A stretch of DNA of 64,000 nucleotides from Octopus sinensis (GCF_006345805.1 NC_043006.1:31372001-31436000); one strand, 5' to 3'. Shown: positions 1 to 13,680, numbered from the stretch's first letter. Notes: generated by a model not told the origin, from the letters alone. Numbers and translations are program-made.

Positions 1-29
1 CATTTCAAATATTGGTTTCAAATTTCATT

Positions 30-54
30 AGCCCTGTGTGGCCAATAAAGAAAC
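30..54 (+). mobile_element. Extreme 3' terminus of the Tx1-like LINE (25 bp with AATAAA)
   Basis: agccctgtgtggccaataaagaaac matches the LINE ends at 2173-2197 and 38289-38313; followed by (CTAT)n. Confidence 0.7.
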
Positions 55-556
<502 letters not shown>

Positions 557-557
<1 letters not shown>

Positions 558-1796
558 AGCCCATGCCGTCCACCAGCGCCTCCGTCGTGGGACGCTGGAC
601 CGACGGCCCGGTTGAGTTGCTCGGGGTCTGGTTTGGTCCGGACCTCCAAGTGGAGAAGAACTGGAACGAGATAACGAGTAGGGTGGTCACTCTCGCCCGG
701 CAATGGGCCGAGAGGAAACTGTCCCTAAAAGGTCGAGCGGAGGTGGCGAACACGTACATCGCGTCCGTCATCTACTACCGCCTGACCGTCGTACCTTGTC
801 CCGACCCTACCATCACCAAACTACAACGCATCCTCTTTCGCTTCTTGTGGAAAGGATGCGTCCCGATGGTCAGGCGATCCATTGCTGTCAACACCCGTTA
901 AAAGGAGGGCTGGGCATGCCGTGGTTGATGATGCGCAGACACGCGCTGAGACTGCGACATCTCTGGCTCTATGTAGACGACGGTGAACAGGTGTGGTCGC
1001 CGTTGTGAGGCACGCTTTCCCGCAGCTCGTCTCCATGACCGAACTGCAGTCGTGGATCAAAAAGAGGCCGAGGAAGGGCGAATGGCACCGCGAGTGTCGC
1101 GTTGCTCTCAAGCAACTCTGCCGTCCTGGGTCGACCTTAAGTGACTTCAACACAACCAAAGCATTCTATAGGGGTTTAGTGGAGGGGAGGTACGACGACG
1201 AGCTCGGGGCGAACCTGGACGTCGACGAGGAGTACCTGACCCGCCTGTTCGGGACGACTTTCGGGCCAGGGCCCATGGACAACTTCCAGAGATCCCTGGC
1301 CTGGCAGTGCTACCGAGAAGCGCTACCCGTTCGGGATAAGCTCTACAGACACGGCTCGAGAAACACGGGGCCGACCTGCCCGAGATGCGGTCAGAGCGAC
1401 GAAACCGTTCTGCACGCACTCGTTCAGTGTCCAACAATTTCCGACCTGTGGGCTTATGTCGAACAACTGCTGTCACGTGTGGGACGAGTCGGTTTATCAG
1501 CTGAGTCTATCGTCAATATTGTCACGCCTCCTTCCTTCAAACGGGAAGGAAGAGCTATTTTCATCATCCTTGTGGCTATGGCGAAAGAATGTATCTGGTG
1601 GACGCGTCTGAAAGGATTGGAGACAAACACTTTCCTCTCTGGTCAATCTCTCATCAACTTCTTCAAGTACCACTTGAAAAGGAAAGTGAGAGTAGAGAGG
1701 CAAGTTTTGTCTAGCGAATGTTTTAAAAAAAGATGGGTGAATGTAGCAAGAATGGCACGTATGAATGACGAAGCCACCTTGAGCATAGTCCTATGA
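557..1796 (+). pseudogene. Tx1-like ORF2 fragment with two frameshifts (~875 and ~1005)
   Basis: Continuous homology hops between ORFs 38-901, 703-1008 and 993-1796; stop at 1794-1796. Confidence 0.85.
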
Positions 1797-2004
1797 ACCC
1801 AGAAATCGAAAACAGAGAGTTGCTTATTTGCAAAAAAAAAAAAAAAAAAAAAAAGAAATATAAAATGTGACTTCATTGACCGAGGTTACCGTGGTCTTTT
1901 CTGCAGGCTTTTCTTTCCACGGGTAAACCTCACCTGTCCTCCCCTTTACACTTCATATTGACATTTCTGTGATAACGATCCCTATTGATCATTTTTTTTC
2001 CTCT

Positions 2005-2037
<33 letters not shown>

Positions 2038-2197
2038 CCCCCCTTATTTTTGTCCTCTTTCTCTCCTTTTACGATCCCTTTTGATCGAACCTCCCCCTTC
2101 CTTTTTTTTTTTTTTTTTTTTTTAATACCTTCAAAAGAAAAGCTCTACCTTGTAATTGTTCTATCTGTGTGCAGCCCTGTGTGGCTAATAAAGAAAC
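557..2197 (+). mobile_element. 5'-truncated Tx1-like (L1 clade) non-LTR retrotransposon: ORF2 C-terminus plus 3' UTR
   Basis: Post-RT motifs [20 protein letters not shown] and [11 protein letters not shown]-terminal zinc knuckle CPRCGQSDETVLHALVQC; T-rich 3' UTR ending AATAAAGAAAC then (CTAT)n. Confidence 0.92.
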
Positions 2198-3559
2198 ATA
2201 TCTATGCATCTATCTATCTAGATTAGATTAGATATCTAATCTAAACTCTCTACCTGTCTAAGAAGTAACGATCTTATTGTATTGCAGAGTGCTCAAGTAC
2301 GATACAAATCATTAGAAAAAAATAACCAAAACTACATGAACAGTGCATAGAAAGTGAGCAGTAAATGAGTTTAAAAAAAGTGGGATGGGTCCGAAAGTCA
2401 TTAGTGTTGTGTTGTTTTTTGATTTCGTAAACATATCCACGGGTGTTCAGCACACACACACTTATAGGTGGGTATGTAACTGTGTATGTGTGTCTGTTTA
2501 TCAACGAATAGGTTCTGTTAAACTCTACTAATCTCGTGGCCTATAAGAGTGTTTCACTTGACCTTAGGTGAACTTGTGTACACAATAGTTTGAATAGGTT
2601 CTGGCGTCTACGCATTCAACCGTATCAAGTCAAGCCAACGAAAATACCTCATATGATCGCTTGACTTGTCAGAAAGAGTAACCAAGTTTCCCTCATATCG
2701 TACTGTAGAAAGCAAGTAAGCATTGGACAATCGTAATCCAGGACGTTCATCAGTTTTTTTTTTTCTTTTTTCTTTTTCCTTGTAATGACCCTGTCTACAC
2801 CGGATGCTTTCAAATGGCCAAGCCTGAAGTGCCTCTGGTCATAGGTCTGCTTGTAAAGAGTTAATTTAGCGCTAAACAACAACATAAGCAACAACAGCCA
2901 AAATGAAAAGGATATTCGATATTATAATTAAAACACAGAACATTTGTGGTGTAAGAGACGTTGATTAATCTTTCTCTTAAAACATGGAGGACGGGGGTGT
3001 CTTCTGTATATAACCTTCGTTTTTCTAGACACAAAACCTAGGCATTTAGAGCAGTCAGAATGAGATACTCATGGCTATCCTGAGAAAAATATATTGAAAC
3101 ATATTGGGAAACGTGTATGTAGATCTAGAGCCCTGATGAAGATTTAAAAAAAGGAAACTTGAGAAAGTGAAACAATAAGGAAAAACAAAACAATAATTGA
3201 AATGTAATAAATTCTTTTATTAAAAATTCTTAGATAAATTTATCACGCACCACATTTCGGATGATCCTTCTCAGATCTAACGATTTGTTGCCTCAAGAGA
3301 AAGTAAAGGCTAAATGAAATATAGTTTTGAAAAGTGGAAATAAGGAAGTGAAATAAAATCAGCCTGTGTGTATGTTAATGACCCTCCCGAAAGAGTCATT
3401 ACGCTAACAACAAAATCTGTTTCATCACACTACTTCACATCAAGAATCTGGCAAATCAAATACAAAAGCAAAATATTGTGTATAATCTTGTCGGTTTTCT
3501 TTATACTTGAGCTAATTATTTTAGAGTGAAGACATGTAGCCAGTGATCGTGGATTCGAT

Positions 3560-3843
3560 CTATGGACCGGTCTCTTTTGCCTAATTTACGCTAATTTACG
3601 GGGACATACACACACCAACACCGGTTGTCAAGCGGTGTATGGGGATATACACAGACACAAAATCTCATACACACACAAATATATACTACAGGCTTCTTTC
3701 ACTTTCTGTTCACCAAATCCACTCTGAAGGCTCTGGTCGGTGCGAGGCTATAGTAGAAGACACTTACCCAAGGTGCCACGCAGAGGGAGCGAACCCTGAA
3801 TCAAGCGGTTGAGAAGCAAGGTTCTTACCACACAGCCACTCCT
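3560..3843 (-). mobile_element. SINE family A (tRNA-derived), degenerate
   Basis: Reverse complement of the family A head and body (gtggctgtgtggtaaga...cttgggtaagtgtcttctactatagcctcg). Confidence 0.75.
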
Positions 3844-3957
3844 GTTTTGGCGAAAGTTTTCTTCACATTTTGTAAAAAGTTATTTCTTGAATTGTTGACC
3901 TAATATTCCAAGATACTATAATGGGCGGTGGTGGTTGTATAGTAAGTTATAGAGATG

Positions 3958-3959
<2 letters not shown>

Positions 3960-4020
<61 letters not shown>

Positions 4021-4024
4021 CATA

Positions 4025-4059
<35 letters not shown>

Positions 4060-4060
4060 A
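3960..4060. repeat. (AAT)n microsatellite
   Basis: Direct. Confidence 0.97.
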
Positions 4061-4184
4061 GTTATGAGACTTTATAGGGAATAGATTTAGAACCCAAATA
4101 TATCACAAAGAAATTCTCTGGTTGAATCGTAGAAACATTTCTAGTTTATTTCTGAAATAATTTGTGATAATCATAAAAAAATAT

Positions 4185-4580
4185 GCGTGGCTATGTGGTA
4201 AGAAGTTTGTTTCCCAAGCACATGGTTCCGGGTTCAGTCACATTGCGTAGCACCTTGGGCCAGTGTCTTCTACTATGGCCTTGGGCCGACCAAAGCGATG
4301 TGAGAGGAGTTGGTAGACGGAAACTGAAAGAAGCTCGTCCTATAAATATATATGTGTGTGTGTGTGTGTGTTTGTGCATGGGCCCCACCACCACTTGACA
4401 ACCGGTGTTGGTGCGTTTACGTCTCCGTACTTAGCTCTTCGGCAGAAAAGACTGATAGAATAAGTACTAAGTTTTAAAAAACTAAGTCATGGGGTCGATC
4501 CGTTCGGATAAAATTCTACAAGGCGGTGCCCCAGCATGGCCGCAGTGTAATGACTGAAATAAGTAAAAGAATAAAAGATA
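4185..4580 (+). mobile_element. SINE family A, near full length with internal (TG)n
   Basis: tRNA-like head gtggctatgtggtaag...ggttccgggttcagtc; tail ccagcatggccgcagt...tgactgaaataagtaaaag. Confidence 0.88.
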
Positions 4581-4791
4581 AATGACGCCTAATTTAGCTC
4601 CTTAAGACATTATACAAACATTTAAGACATCCTGTAGACGCTTTTAGAAACAGACCAATCAGGAGGAGGAATTATAAGATGTGAGCAAGAAAAGTCGGAC
4701 TTTTCAGGTGTAATCCCTTTTTTTTGAAATCAAAAGTTTCCTCGGAAATTAGTGTTCTTAGAAGATTTTATTGGAAAAATTTATGTCCATA

Positions 4792-5169
4792 TCTCTTATA
4801 TAAAATCCGTTCTGTCTGTGTGTGTGGGGGGGGGGGGTGCGTGTGTGGCTTCTAGGATCTCGGGCATCCTCCATCCGATTGCGCTTAAATTTGATATGTA
4901 GACACCGACTGTATCAGGGCGTGTATAAGTCTTGAAAAAATTACAAAAAGCGATTCCAGGTGAGAATGCGATCGATAAAGCCGTGGAAAATCGTTTTTCT
5001 TTGGAAGAGAAAAAAAGGCTATCTTTATTTCTTCTTTTGCTGGTGTCTCAAATTTAGGTTAAATCAGTATTTCTCAAAGGGGAGGCCTATGGGACGGTCG
5101 GACAAGTTGTTTTGAGAAAATTTGGTTTAAATGTTTGACAACTGGACGGGGGGCGTTTTGCTCGTTAAG
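4792..5169 (+). mobile_element. Non-autonomous Helitron-like element
   Basis: A|TCTCTTATATAAAA start, ctgt/gt repeats near the 5' end, GC-rich subterminal hairpin (acgggggggc...gctcgt), TTAAG|T end. Confidence 0.5.
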
Positions 5170-5489
5170 TATAATTCTCAAATCTAATGTGTAGAAAGAC
5201 TTTATTGTCTAAGGTTACCATTTGTATAAATAGCTTAAAAAGGTAGAAACTATCTTTATTAAGCAGAATCATCTTGAGACCGTGACTTAACCGAGAAAGA
5301 ATCCAAAGAAATTTGGCTAAAAATCGTCGACTTATTTTCATTCTTGAACAGGAAACCAAACATGTCAGGACAATCCACATAGCAATCGTAAAAGCAAAGA
5401 ATATATTTGACGGTGTCGATCAGACTATCGGATGCTGTTATACATCGCTGGTCACAATGCGTTTTGTATCATTTTAGCTTTCGAATGAT

Positions 5490-5650
5490 GCCATCTCGCT
5501 GGCTGGGCAAGTAGGCCAACAATCCCCCTGATCGGAAGGGTATTCCGTCGCAGAGATACCCATTAATAACTGAATGGACTGGAATAACGTGAAATGAAGA
5601 GACTTGTTCAAGAACACAACGAAACGCCCGGACCGGGAATTGAACACATA
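5490..5650 (-). mobile_element. Degenerate CORE-like SINE fragment
   Basis: Reverse complement of ttcaattcccggtccgggcg...tcttgaacaag...ttccagtccattcag, similar to 21765-22088. Confidence 0.5.
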
Positions 5651-7465
5651 ATGTATAATATAACAGACATGTTACGTTTAATATACGGACAGTGCTAAAT
5701 GCTAAATACTAGTAACAAGACAAACTTGACTCCAACGCTGAACAACACATCTAGCCAATGAGCTAAGGTGTGATATTGTAGCTGAGGCATAGGAAACCTT
5801 TTTCAAGAAGAGGGTCCACATGAGACATGGCTCATCACCGGCGGAACTCCTAAAATATACAAGGTCATCTTTCGTTGGCGTACCATTCAGAAAATCTTGT
5901 GAGTCGTAGTTTACCCATAACGGCTGAAGATATTGCAGTACAGTAATCACTCGACTATCGCGGATGTTACGTTTGAAAAAACCCCGCGATAGGTGAAACA
6001 GTACTGTATTGTATATATTTTTTCGTATTATTTTTATAATTTGTATATATTTATTTTATTATAAATGCAAAACAACACCACGGAGGAATCGACGTAAGCT
6101 TAAATAATAAACCGCGATATGGCGGGGGATTATTGTATTCATTAAGGCCAGGCTACTTGGTAAGGACTTTCTTAATGGGGATGCTGGGGGTTATTATACG
6201 TTATTCTTGAGGGGTACTTTGTAGGCATCACAAACATGGCATTGGCTTTAGCATGTTGAGTACTCTTTCCATCTGAGAATGAGAACGACACCTTCTATGA
6301 AACTGATTCAATCAATACCTGAAAACATTTTTCTCAGAGTCCCAGAGTCTCTTCCTCTATTCTGATAAAATAAAAAAAGTTCTTAAATCCTCAACAAAAA
6401 TTAAAGTATGGCTATGTGTGCCAGAAGCTGGTTTTGGTTTCATTTCATTCCTGCTTCGATCATATTGCGTAGCGGAATTGGGGAACTGGGATTCTACCAT
6501 AGTCTGAATTCAACCAGAACTTTATAAACGGAATTTGCTGAACGGAAACTATGTGGAAGCCAAACATACATGCATAAATGCGGATGGGATAGAAGGATGT
6601 TTGTTATTGCATCAAAGAAAATTACCTTATGGTATTTGGCAATACCCCATTATGCCAAGGTAGACTTTGCCTTACCTTTTTCCGTAGTCGATCAAGAAAA
6701 AAAAAAAAAAAAAGAAAAATGGAACAGAAGTGTTGTTGATATAATTGCTAAAATAAAGTCGAAGATGGTGTCTAGGAGGGCCGCAGTTCGATGACTGAAA
6801 TCAGAAAGAAACAGAAACGATTAAAACCTATTAACATTCCTGAAAAATGGAGAACAACGACATTAAACCAAACAAAAACGACAATTTCAAATCCAAATCC
6901 AATTAACTTCAAATATATTAAGGGAAGGAATAACCAGTCACATTTCTACGCCAACCGAAGGTGAGCGCCTGTCGAAAAAAATCAAGGGAGAAAGGGTCTA
7001 CGGCTGCGAAAATCCACTGATTTATTTTGGTATAATCAGGTATATTCACTCCTACATCACTCAATGTGTCTTTCATTTTCTTAAGTGAGTAGAATATGGT
7101 TCAGAGGCATTTGGTTATCACTTAGAGCACGTCGAGTGAACACGCAGAGGCTCTCTCAATGGCTCAATTGTAGCCATTTTGGCAGCTTTTATTGATAGGC
7201 TATAGAACCGGTCAGTTGGTGACAATTTGTGGGTTGTGCATACATACATACATACATGCATACATACATACATACATACATACATACACAAACACACACA
7301 CACACACAAACACACACACAAACACACACACACACACAAACACACACACAAACACACACACATATATATATAGTTAATCCAAACATGAAAACACAAAGTA
7401 AAAACACAACAACGCGAGGACGTGGAACAAGTATAGTATTATTGGACGCTCAGGAAAGAAGGAGG

Positions 7466-7500
7466 GTTTAACGTTTCGAGCGGAGCTCTTCGTCAGAAAC
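7466..7500 (-). ncRNA. Minimal type I hammerhead ribozyme in a Penelope-like pLTR remnant (7375-7500)
   Basis: Minus strand GTTT-CTGACGA-A-GAGC-TCC-GCTC-GAAAC-GT-T-AAAC: core, stem II, palindromic stem III, stem I. Confidence 0.7.
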
Positions 7501-8995
7501 ATAGGAAAAGGAAAGATCCAAAGAAGGGAAGACGGAGGAAAAAAATTGCCAACAGTACACACAATTTTGAACAATTTTGAGAATATATATACATGTGTAG
7601 AGATTGTGTTTTACATATAAAGTACGAGTAATTTCTAGAAAAGAGAAAGAAGAGTAGCTTCTTACAGCTGTTTCTGTCAACAGGTCACAGTACCTCACAT
7701 GTTATTTCCATCTTTTCAATGTACTGTAGTAATCGGTAGATAAAATTAGGGCATATATTTTGATTTCCAACTTAGCATGGGGGTTGTGTTAGAACAGAAT
7801 ACTGCGTTATTTATCTTGAGCGGATCTCACACAAGGATTCATGGTACATAAAACCATTCGAAATTATATCGTTGACAGACGATAACTATCTGCTACAGTC
7901 GCAGAAACTACCAGATCCCATTATTTTACCCTGCTACGGGTTCCTCAGTGATAGATGTCCGGCAGCGCACACTGAGATTCTATATATCGTTGACGGAGAT
8001 TCGGTGGTTATCAGACGATGATCACATGGTGAAAGTGCAATGTTTGATCCTTGAAAGTAGTCTCCTAACCGCCCGTTAAAGGAATCGAGTCACAATCAGA
8101 GAAAAGCTGTGGAGGGTTTAAAATCTGATGACGTTTTCTGAAACACATCGAAGAGTGATAAAACGCGGGTGCAGAGTTTCGATTTCGATGTCGATGTCAA
8201 AAAAAAAAAAAACGTAGTCGTGACAGAAAAAAAAAAAAGAAAAAAACACGTCAGAGTTGTTCAAATGTGATGACGTTGAACGCCAGACGATCAATAAAAA
8301 ATTTCATTTCGATATGTTGGGGTGTTTGAAAGACAACGTGAAAAAAAAAGGCCTGAGATATGAACAAGCAAAACCACAACACATCTGTTCATACGTCACG
8401 CCTTACATGGGACATTTTGCCTAAGTATGAGATTACTCTTCTGTCCTAGCTGCTCCATTCACCTCTGCAAGCTGGTCCACCTTCTCTCTCTCTCTCTCTC
8501 GTCTGTTTTTTTTTCTTTCCAAAGTTGAAATCCATTCTGGAAGGTCGCTGATTTAAGACGATAGAAAAGATTGAAGAAATTTCGCTGTGATAATTGCCGA
8601 CGAACTCCGAAAGTACATTCCAATAAGGGAATGAGAACGGTGAATGAACAGTGGAAAGACTCAACTCTGAAATATTAAATACAAATTCATTAATATTAAC
8701 TAATAAATTTCTATTTAATATTTTCACTATCTTTTTCTGGGATAGCCTCCTCTCACTCTTTCTCTTTCTATGATAGATACAAGATGCGGTTTTTATCATT
8801 TGTTCCCTACGTACGTTTCATCTTTGTGACTATTCGAATCCTCTGCAGTGGGTGCTTTAAGTGCAATTCGATGCTAAACCACAAAATTTCTTCAGGGGAA
8901 CACTTTATAGCATTATATTTACTTTGACCAAATGCTCTGCGTGGATCTCTTAACTCACCAGCTAAAGCCGTACATCTCATTGTACACATAAGAAA

Positions 8996-9056
<61 letters not shown>

Positions 9057-9476
9057 ATATATATAATCTCTGAGCGAGATGTAAACAGTAGCTGCACGAC
9101 ATTGTGAAGTATATTTGCCACGGGGCTACATGCTACAGTAGCATCACCTTAAGGGTTAGCCACATTTAAGTGGTAAATATACATCACGATATATATATGA
9201 ATAGACATGTGCACTCTCTATGCACAGTACTAAGAATAAGAGAACACGATACTATACTAAGTTTACACAAGCAAATGTATGTTACTCTGTGCGTGTGTGT
9301 GTGTGTGTGAGCATTAGGGAAAGAAAGAAAGAAAGAAGATAGGTGTATAAGAATATGAGATGATGGAAAGGATAGCGCGGTGACTGATGTAACAAGAGAA
9401 TCTATAAAGACAGACTATGTAAGAGATAACGTAAGAGAGAAAGAGATAGAGAGAGAGGGAGAGAGAGAGGGAGTGA

Positions 9477-9524
<48 letters not shown>

Positions 9525-11188
9525 AGTATTTGTGTGTAGGCGGGGAGATCCTGGGATTGAAAGGTAGATGAGCGAGAGACGGTGGTGGTGGTGGTGATGG
9601 TGGTATTGAAAGAGCAGCCGTCATTGACATTGAAATTGGAAGCCAAAAGGATGACATTGAAATCTGAAGCTTTTATATAAGATCAGTAAAAATCTGAAGA
9701 TAACAAAAAAAAAAAAAAAAAAGCATTGATTTCGAAATGTTTTCAAAAGTCCGTTGTTGTTTGCCATCATGGCGGGCTGCTTGAAAAATGTATGTCAGCT
9801 TTTATCTTATTATCACATCTGAACTTCTTTCTTCCCATAAACTCACGTTCACCACCACCACCACCACCACCCTCTCTCTCTCTCCTTTTCTCATTCTATT
9901 CCTTCCTCTTTCTCTCTAATATTTCTTTTTCATACTCTCCTCTTGCGATCTCTTGTGTAGCTGTAGGAATTTGTAGATATATCTGTGTTTGTGTGTTTGT
10001 ACGAGTGTGTGTGTGCGCGCGTGGATTTAGAAACATTGAATATACCAACGTTATCTTAAAATGAACAAAACACGTGATACAATTAAAAAATACGTATTTA
10101 CATACACGCGCGCTCACACATAGGCACATACCCGCGCACGCACGCACGAACACACACACACACACACGTATGTATTTAATTAAATAGGGTCATTTCAAGT
10201 GAGATTGCATATCAGTTAACCAATGTTTAAAACTCCTTGTAAATCCTAGGATATCCAAATTTTAATCGAGTATTAAACGTCATATCTGCTCCGATATTGA
10301 TTTACAATTACGGGCTGACCGTGCTAAGCAGTGAGGTATCTAAACACAAACTTGTTAAGAATTCAAATATGTTTGAGACATATTCGAACCCATAAATGTA
10401 CAACCTCGTTAGGGAATGCTGTAAGCTAACTCTCTTATTTACACCTATTTGTCTACAGTGAGCGATTTTCTCTCTGGCAAAATACAGCGAATGGCTTTCT
10501 TACGGAATATGCCTTAATCCTTTTTGAACTGGCTACACGTTTTCATTTTCATTTAATATTCTTTATACACTTGAATAAAATCTAGAGAGTGTAAAACTGC
10601 GAGCAGAATAAAACGTAGCAGTTGGAGGGATTTAGTGATTTTATTACGAAATTCATGGTGTAATAAAAACATTTAAGGTTAAACAATCCTGTTTTATTCT
10701 GCTCTCGGTTATACGCTCTTGCACACATACACACACGGTCATCTACACATGGGTCACAATGGCATATTAAAATATTTGTACCATGAAATATATATGCATT
10801 AAAACAGCGTAAATATTCCTATGTGGCTGTGCGGTAAGACGTTTGCTTCCCAACCATATGGTTCCGGGTTCAGTCCCACTGCGTTGCGCTTTGGGTAAGT
10901 TTTTTTTTCTATTATGGCCTAGCTGGTGACTTACTGCTGCGGATGCCAAAACATGGCTGTACTCGACCAGGCCGTCCGAACACATCGTATGCAAATCAAC
11001 TCAGGGACACTGTATGCCTCCACGAGGGCCTCTCTCACCCGATGCAGGGGCGAGGTGAATAGCGCGTGCGAGTTAAAAGTGTCCGTGCAAGCTCACCCAG
11101 ATGATGGTTTTGCTGCTTTTTAACATAACGTGCGCGCGTCCATATGCTTGTACATACATACATAAATACATACATACATGTGTGAATG

Positions 11189-11225
<37 letters not shown>

Positions 11226-11230
<5 letters not shown>

Positions 11231-11490
11231 TACTTGGAGGAAACGAAACGAAACGAATCGAATCGACGCGAGGGCGCTCAGTCATACAATAGTGTAATAA
11301 ATAAAATATATGCATACATACATACATATATGTACGTACCTACATCTACATGTATATATACATGCATATATAAATAAATTTATATATGCATGTATATATC
11401 CATGTATGTATGTATGCATATATTTTATTTATTACACTATTGTATGACTGAGCGCCCTCGCGTCGATTCGATTCGTTTCCCCCAAGTAAG
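11226..11490. repeat. ~100-bp inverted repeat at the start of the tandem unit
   Basis: aacttacttggagg...gcgctcagtcatacaatagtgtaataaataaaatatatgcatac mirrored at ~11405-11490. Confidence 0.9.
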
Positions 11491-12140
11491 TTTTTATATA
11501 TAATTATGACGCGAAACTCTATAACCGTTTGCTTGACCTTTCCTTCCTTCCCTATCTCTCTCTCTCTCACTCCTCCTCATCTCTCTCACAGCCGCTTGTC
11601 TTCCTCTATCTCTCTCACTCCTCCTCATCTCTCTCACAGCCGGGCGACTACTTCCTTTCGCCTGCGGCCTCCTAACAGTGAACACACGTTCTTCCTGTGC
11701 TCTTAAGAATCTTTCCCCGTCCAGGCCAAAAAAAGGCCCACATTGTTTGTTTTCTTGTTTGTTTTTATTTCTTGTACTGTATTTTTTTGTAATTGTATTT
11801 TTATTTTGTATTTTATTTTACATTTTATTTTGTAATTTTATTTGTATCGTTTTTACGTCCTGTTTTTGTCACATTTTTTTCTTTCCTTGTTTTTACCCCT
11901 CTGCGAAGTAATTTTATTTAATTCTTTCGCAGAAAGGGCTAGTTCGACGAGTCGTGCTCTGTCCTCACCTTCGAAACACGCTGTAGTTGAACTAGGGACA
12001 GCTGATGAAGGGGAATTTTCCTTGTGTAGTTTGTCTTGTACTCTCTTTTTTCGTTGTTAAAAAAGGTCCGTTTCCATGTTTGTTTTTACGTTTTCGTTTC
12101 TCGTTGAGTTCTACGTCTATTTGTGGTATCCTGTACTCAC

Positions 12141-12187
<47 letters not shown>

Positions 12188-13051
12188 TGTATATATACAT
12201 GTAAATGTAGGTACGTACATATATGTATGTATGTATGTATGCATATATTTTATTTATTACACTATTGTATGACTGAGCGCCCTCGCGTAGATTCGATTCG
12301 TTTCGTTTCGTTTCCTCCAAGTAAGTTTTTATATATAATTATGACGCGAAACTCTATAACCCTTTGCTTGATTTCCCTTCCTTCCCTATCTCTCCTTCCT
12401 CCTCATCTCTCTCACAGCCGCTTGTCTTCCTCTATCTCTCTCTCTCACTCCTCCACATCTCTCACAGCCGGGCGACTACTTCCTTTCGCCTGCGGCCTCC
12501 TAACAGTGAACACACGTTCTTCCTGCGCTCTTAAGAATCTTTCCTCGTCTAAGCCAAAAAAAGGCCCTCATTGTTTGTTTTCTTATTTGTTTTTATTTCT
12601 TGTACTGTATCTTTTTGTAATTGTATTTTTATTTTGTATTTTATTTTGTAATTTTATTTGTATCGTTTTTACGTCCTGTTTTCGTCACATTTTTTTCTTT
12701 CCTTGTTTTTATCCCTCTGCAAAGTAATTTTATTTAATTCTTTCGCAGGAAGGGCTAGTTCGACGAGTCGTGCTCTGTCCTCACCTTCGAAACACACTGG
12801 AGTTGAACTAGGGACAGCTGATGAAGGGGTATTTTCCTTGTGTAGTTTGTCTTGTACTCTGTTTTTTCGTTGTTAAAAAAGGTCCGTTTCCATGTTTGTT
12901 TTTACGTTTTCGTTTCTCGTTGAGTTCTACGTCTATTTGTGGTGTCCTGTACTCACGTATATATATTTATATATGCATGTATATATACATGTAGATGTAG
13001 GTACGTACAAATATGTATGTATGTATGCATATATTTTATTTATTACACTAT
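11417..13051 (+). repeat. Head-to-tail tandem of an ~790-825 bp non-coding unit (2 copies plus start of a third)
   Basis: catatattttatttattacactatt recurs at 11417, 12242 and 13028; unit bodies align throughout. Confidence 0.93.
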
Positions 13052-13074
13052 TATATATATATATATGCATATAC

Positions 13075-13272
13075 CCTTTTGGAGGGTACAGAGTTCCAAT
13101 TTAAGCAAGGTGAAATATTTAAGATTAAATCAAATTCTATCTGTGCATCGGAAAACCTAATCTATGCTATTACCTGCATAAGGTGCGGTAATCAATACAT
13201 TGGCCAAACAGGAATATCACTCCATCGAAGAACCACTCTTCACTAAGAACAAATCCAACACCTACAATACAG
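13075..13272 (+). pseudogene. Penelope-like element GIY-YIG endonuclease fragment
   Basis: FKIKSNSICASENLIYAITCIRCGNQYIGQTGISLHRRTTLH*: C..IY..CxxC..YIGQT..R..H signature. Confidence 0.88.
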
Positions 13273-13322
13273 TATTCATATATATATATATATGAATATA
13301 CAAAGAAGCATATATATATATG

Positions 13323-13377
<55 letters not shown>

Positions 13378-13404
13378 TATATATATGCATGTATATATAT
13401 GCAT

Positions 13405-13680
13405 ATATTCTTTAGAGCGTAGGCGAGAAAGATATGCCATAATATACATCTGGAAGATCCTGGAAGGACTCGTCCCAATCTTTGGCATCGAGAGTTACAC
13501 AAATACTAGAACTGGCCGCCACAGCATAGTGCCAAGGATTCCAAATTTGCCATTAAGATATAGGACAATATACTGCAATAGCCTGGGCTTCAGAGGTTCA
13601 CAGCTCTTCAATATCCTCCCGAAGGATCTGAGAGACCTGCATGGAGTGGATGTCGGTGTTTTCAAAGCTGGACCTTTCCA
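13405..13680 (+). mobile_element. CR1/L2-clade LINE ORF2 C-terminal fragment
   Basis: SLERRRERYAIIYIWKILEGLVP...SLGFRGSQLFNILPKDLR, typical post-RT tail; flanked by (TA)n. Confidence 0.85.

Noticed and set aside
3120-3280. CTGATGA...GAAAC (3133-3158) and reverse CTGAGAA...GAAATGT (3251-3275)
   Set aside because: Too degenerate to fold; at most old pLTR debris
11960-12015. Possible type II hammerhead in the tandem unit
   Set aside because: Core halves are present but stem I does not pair and a competing gctgt/acagc hairpin would sequester the core; not called as a ribozyme
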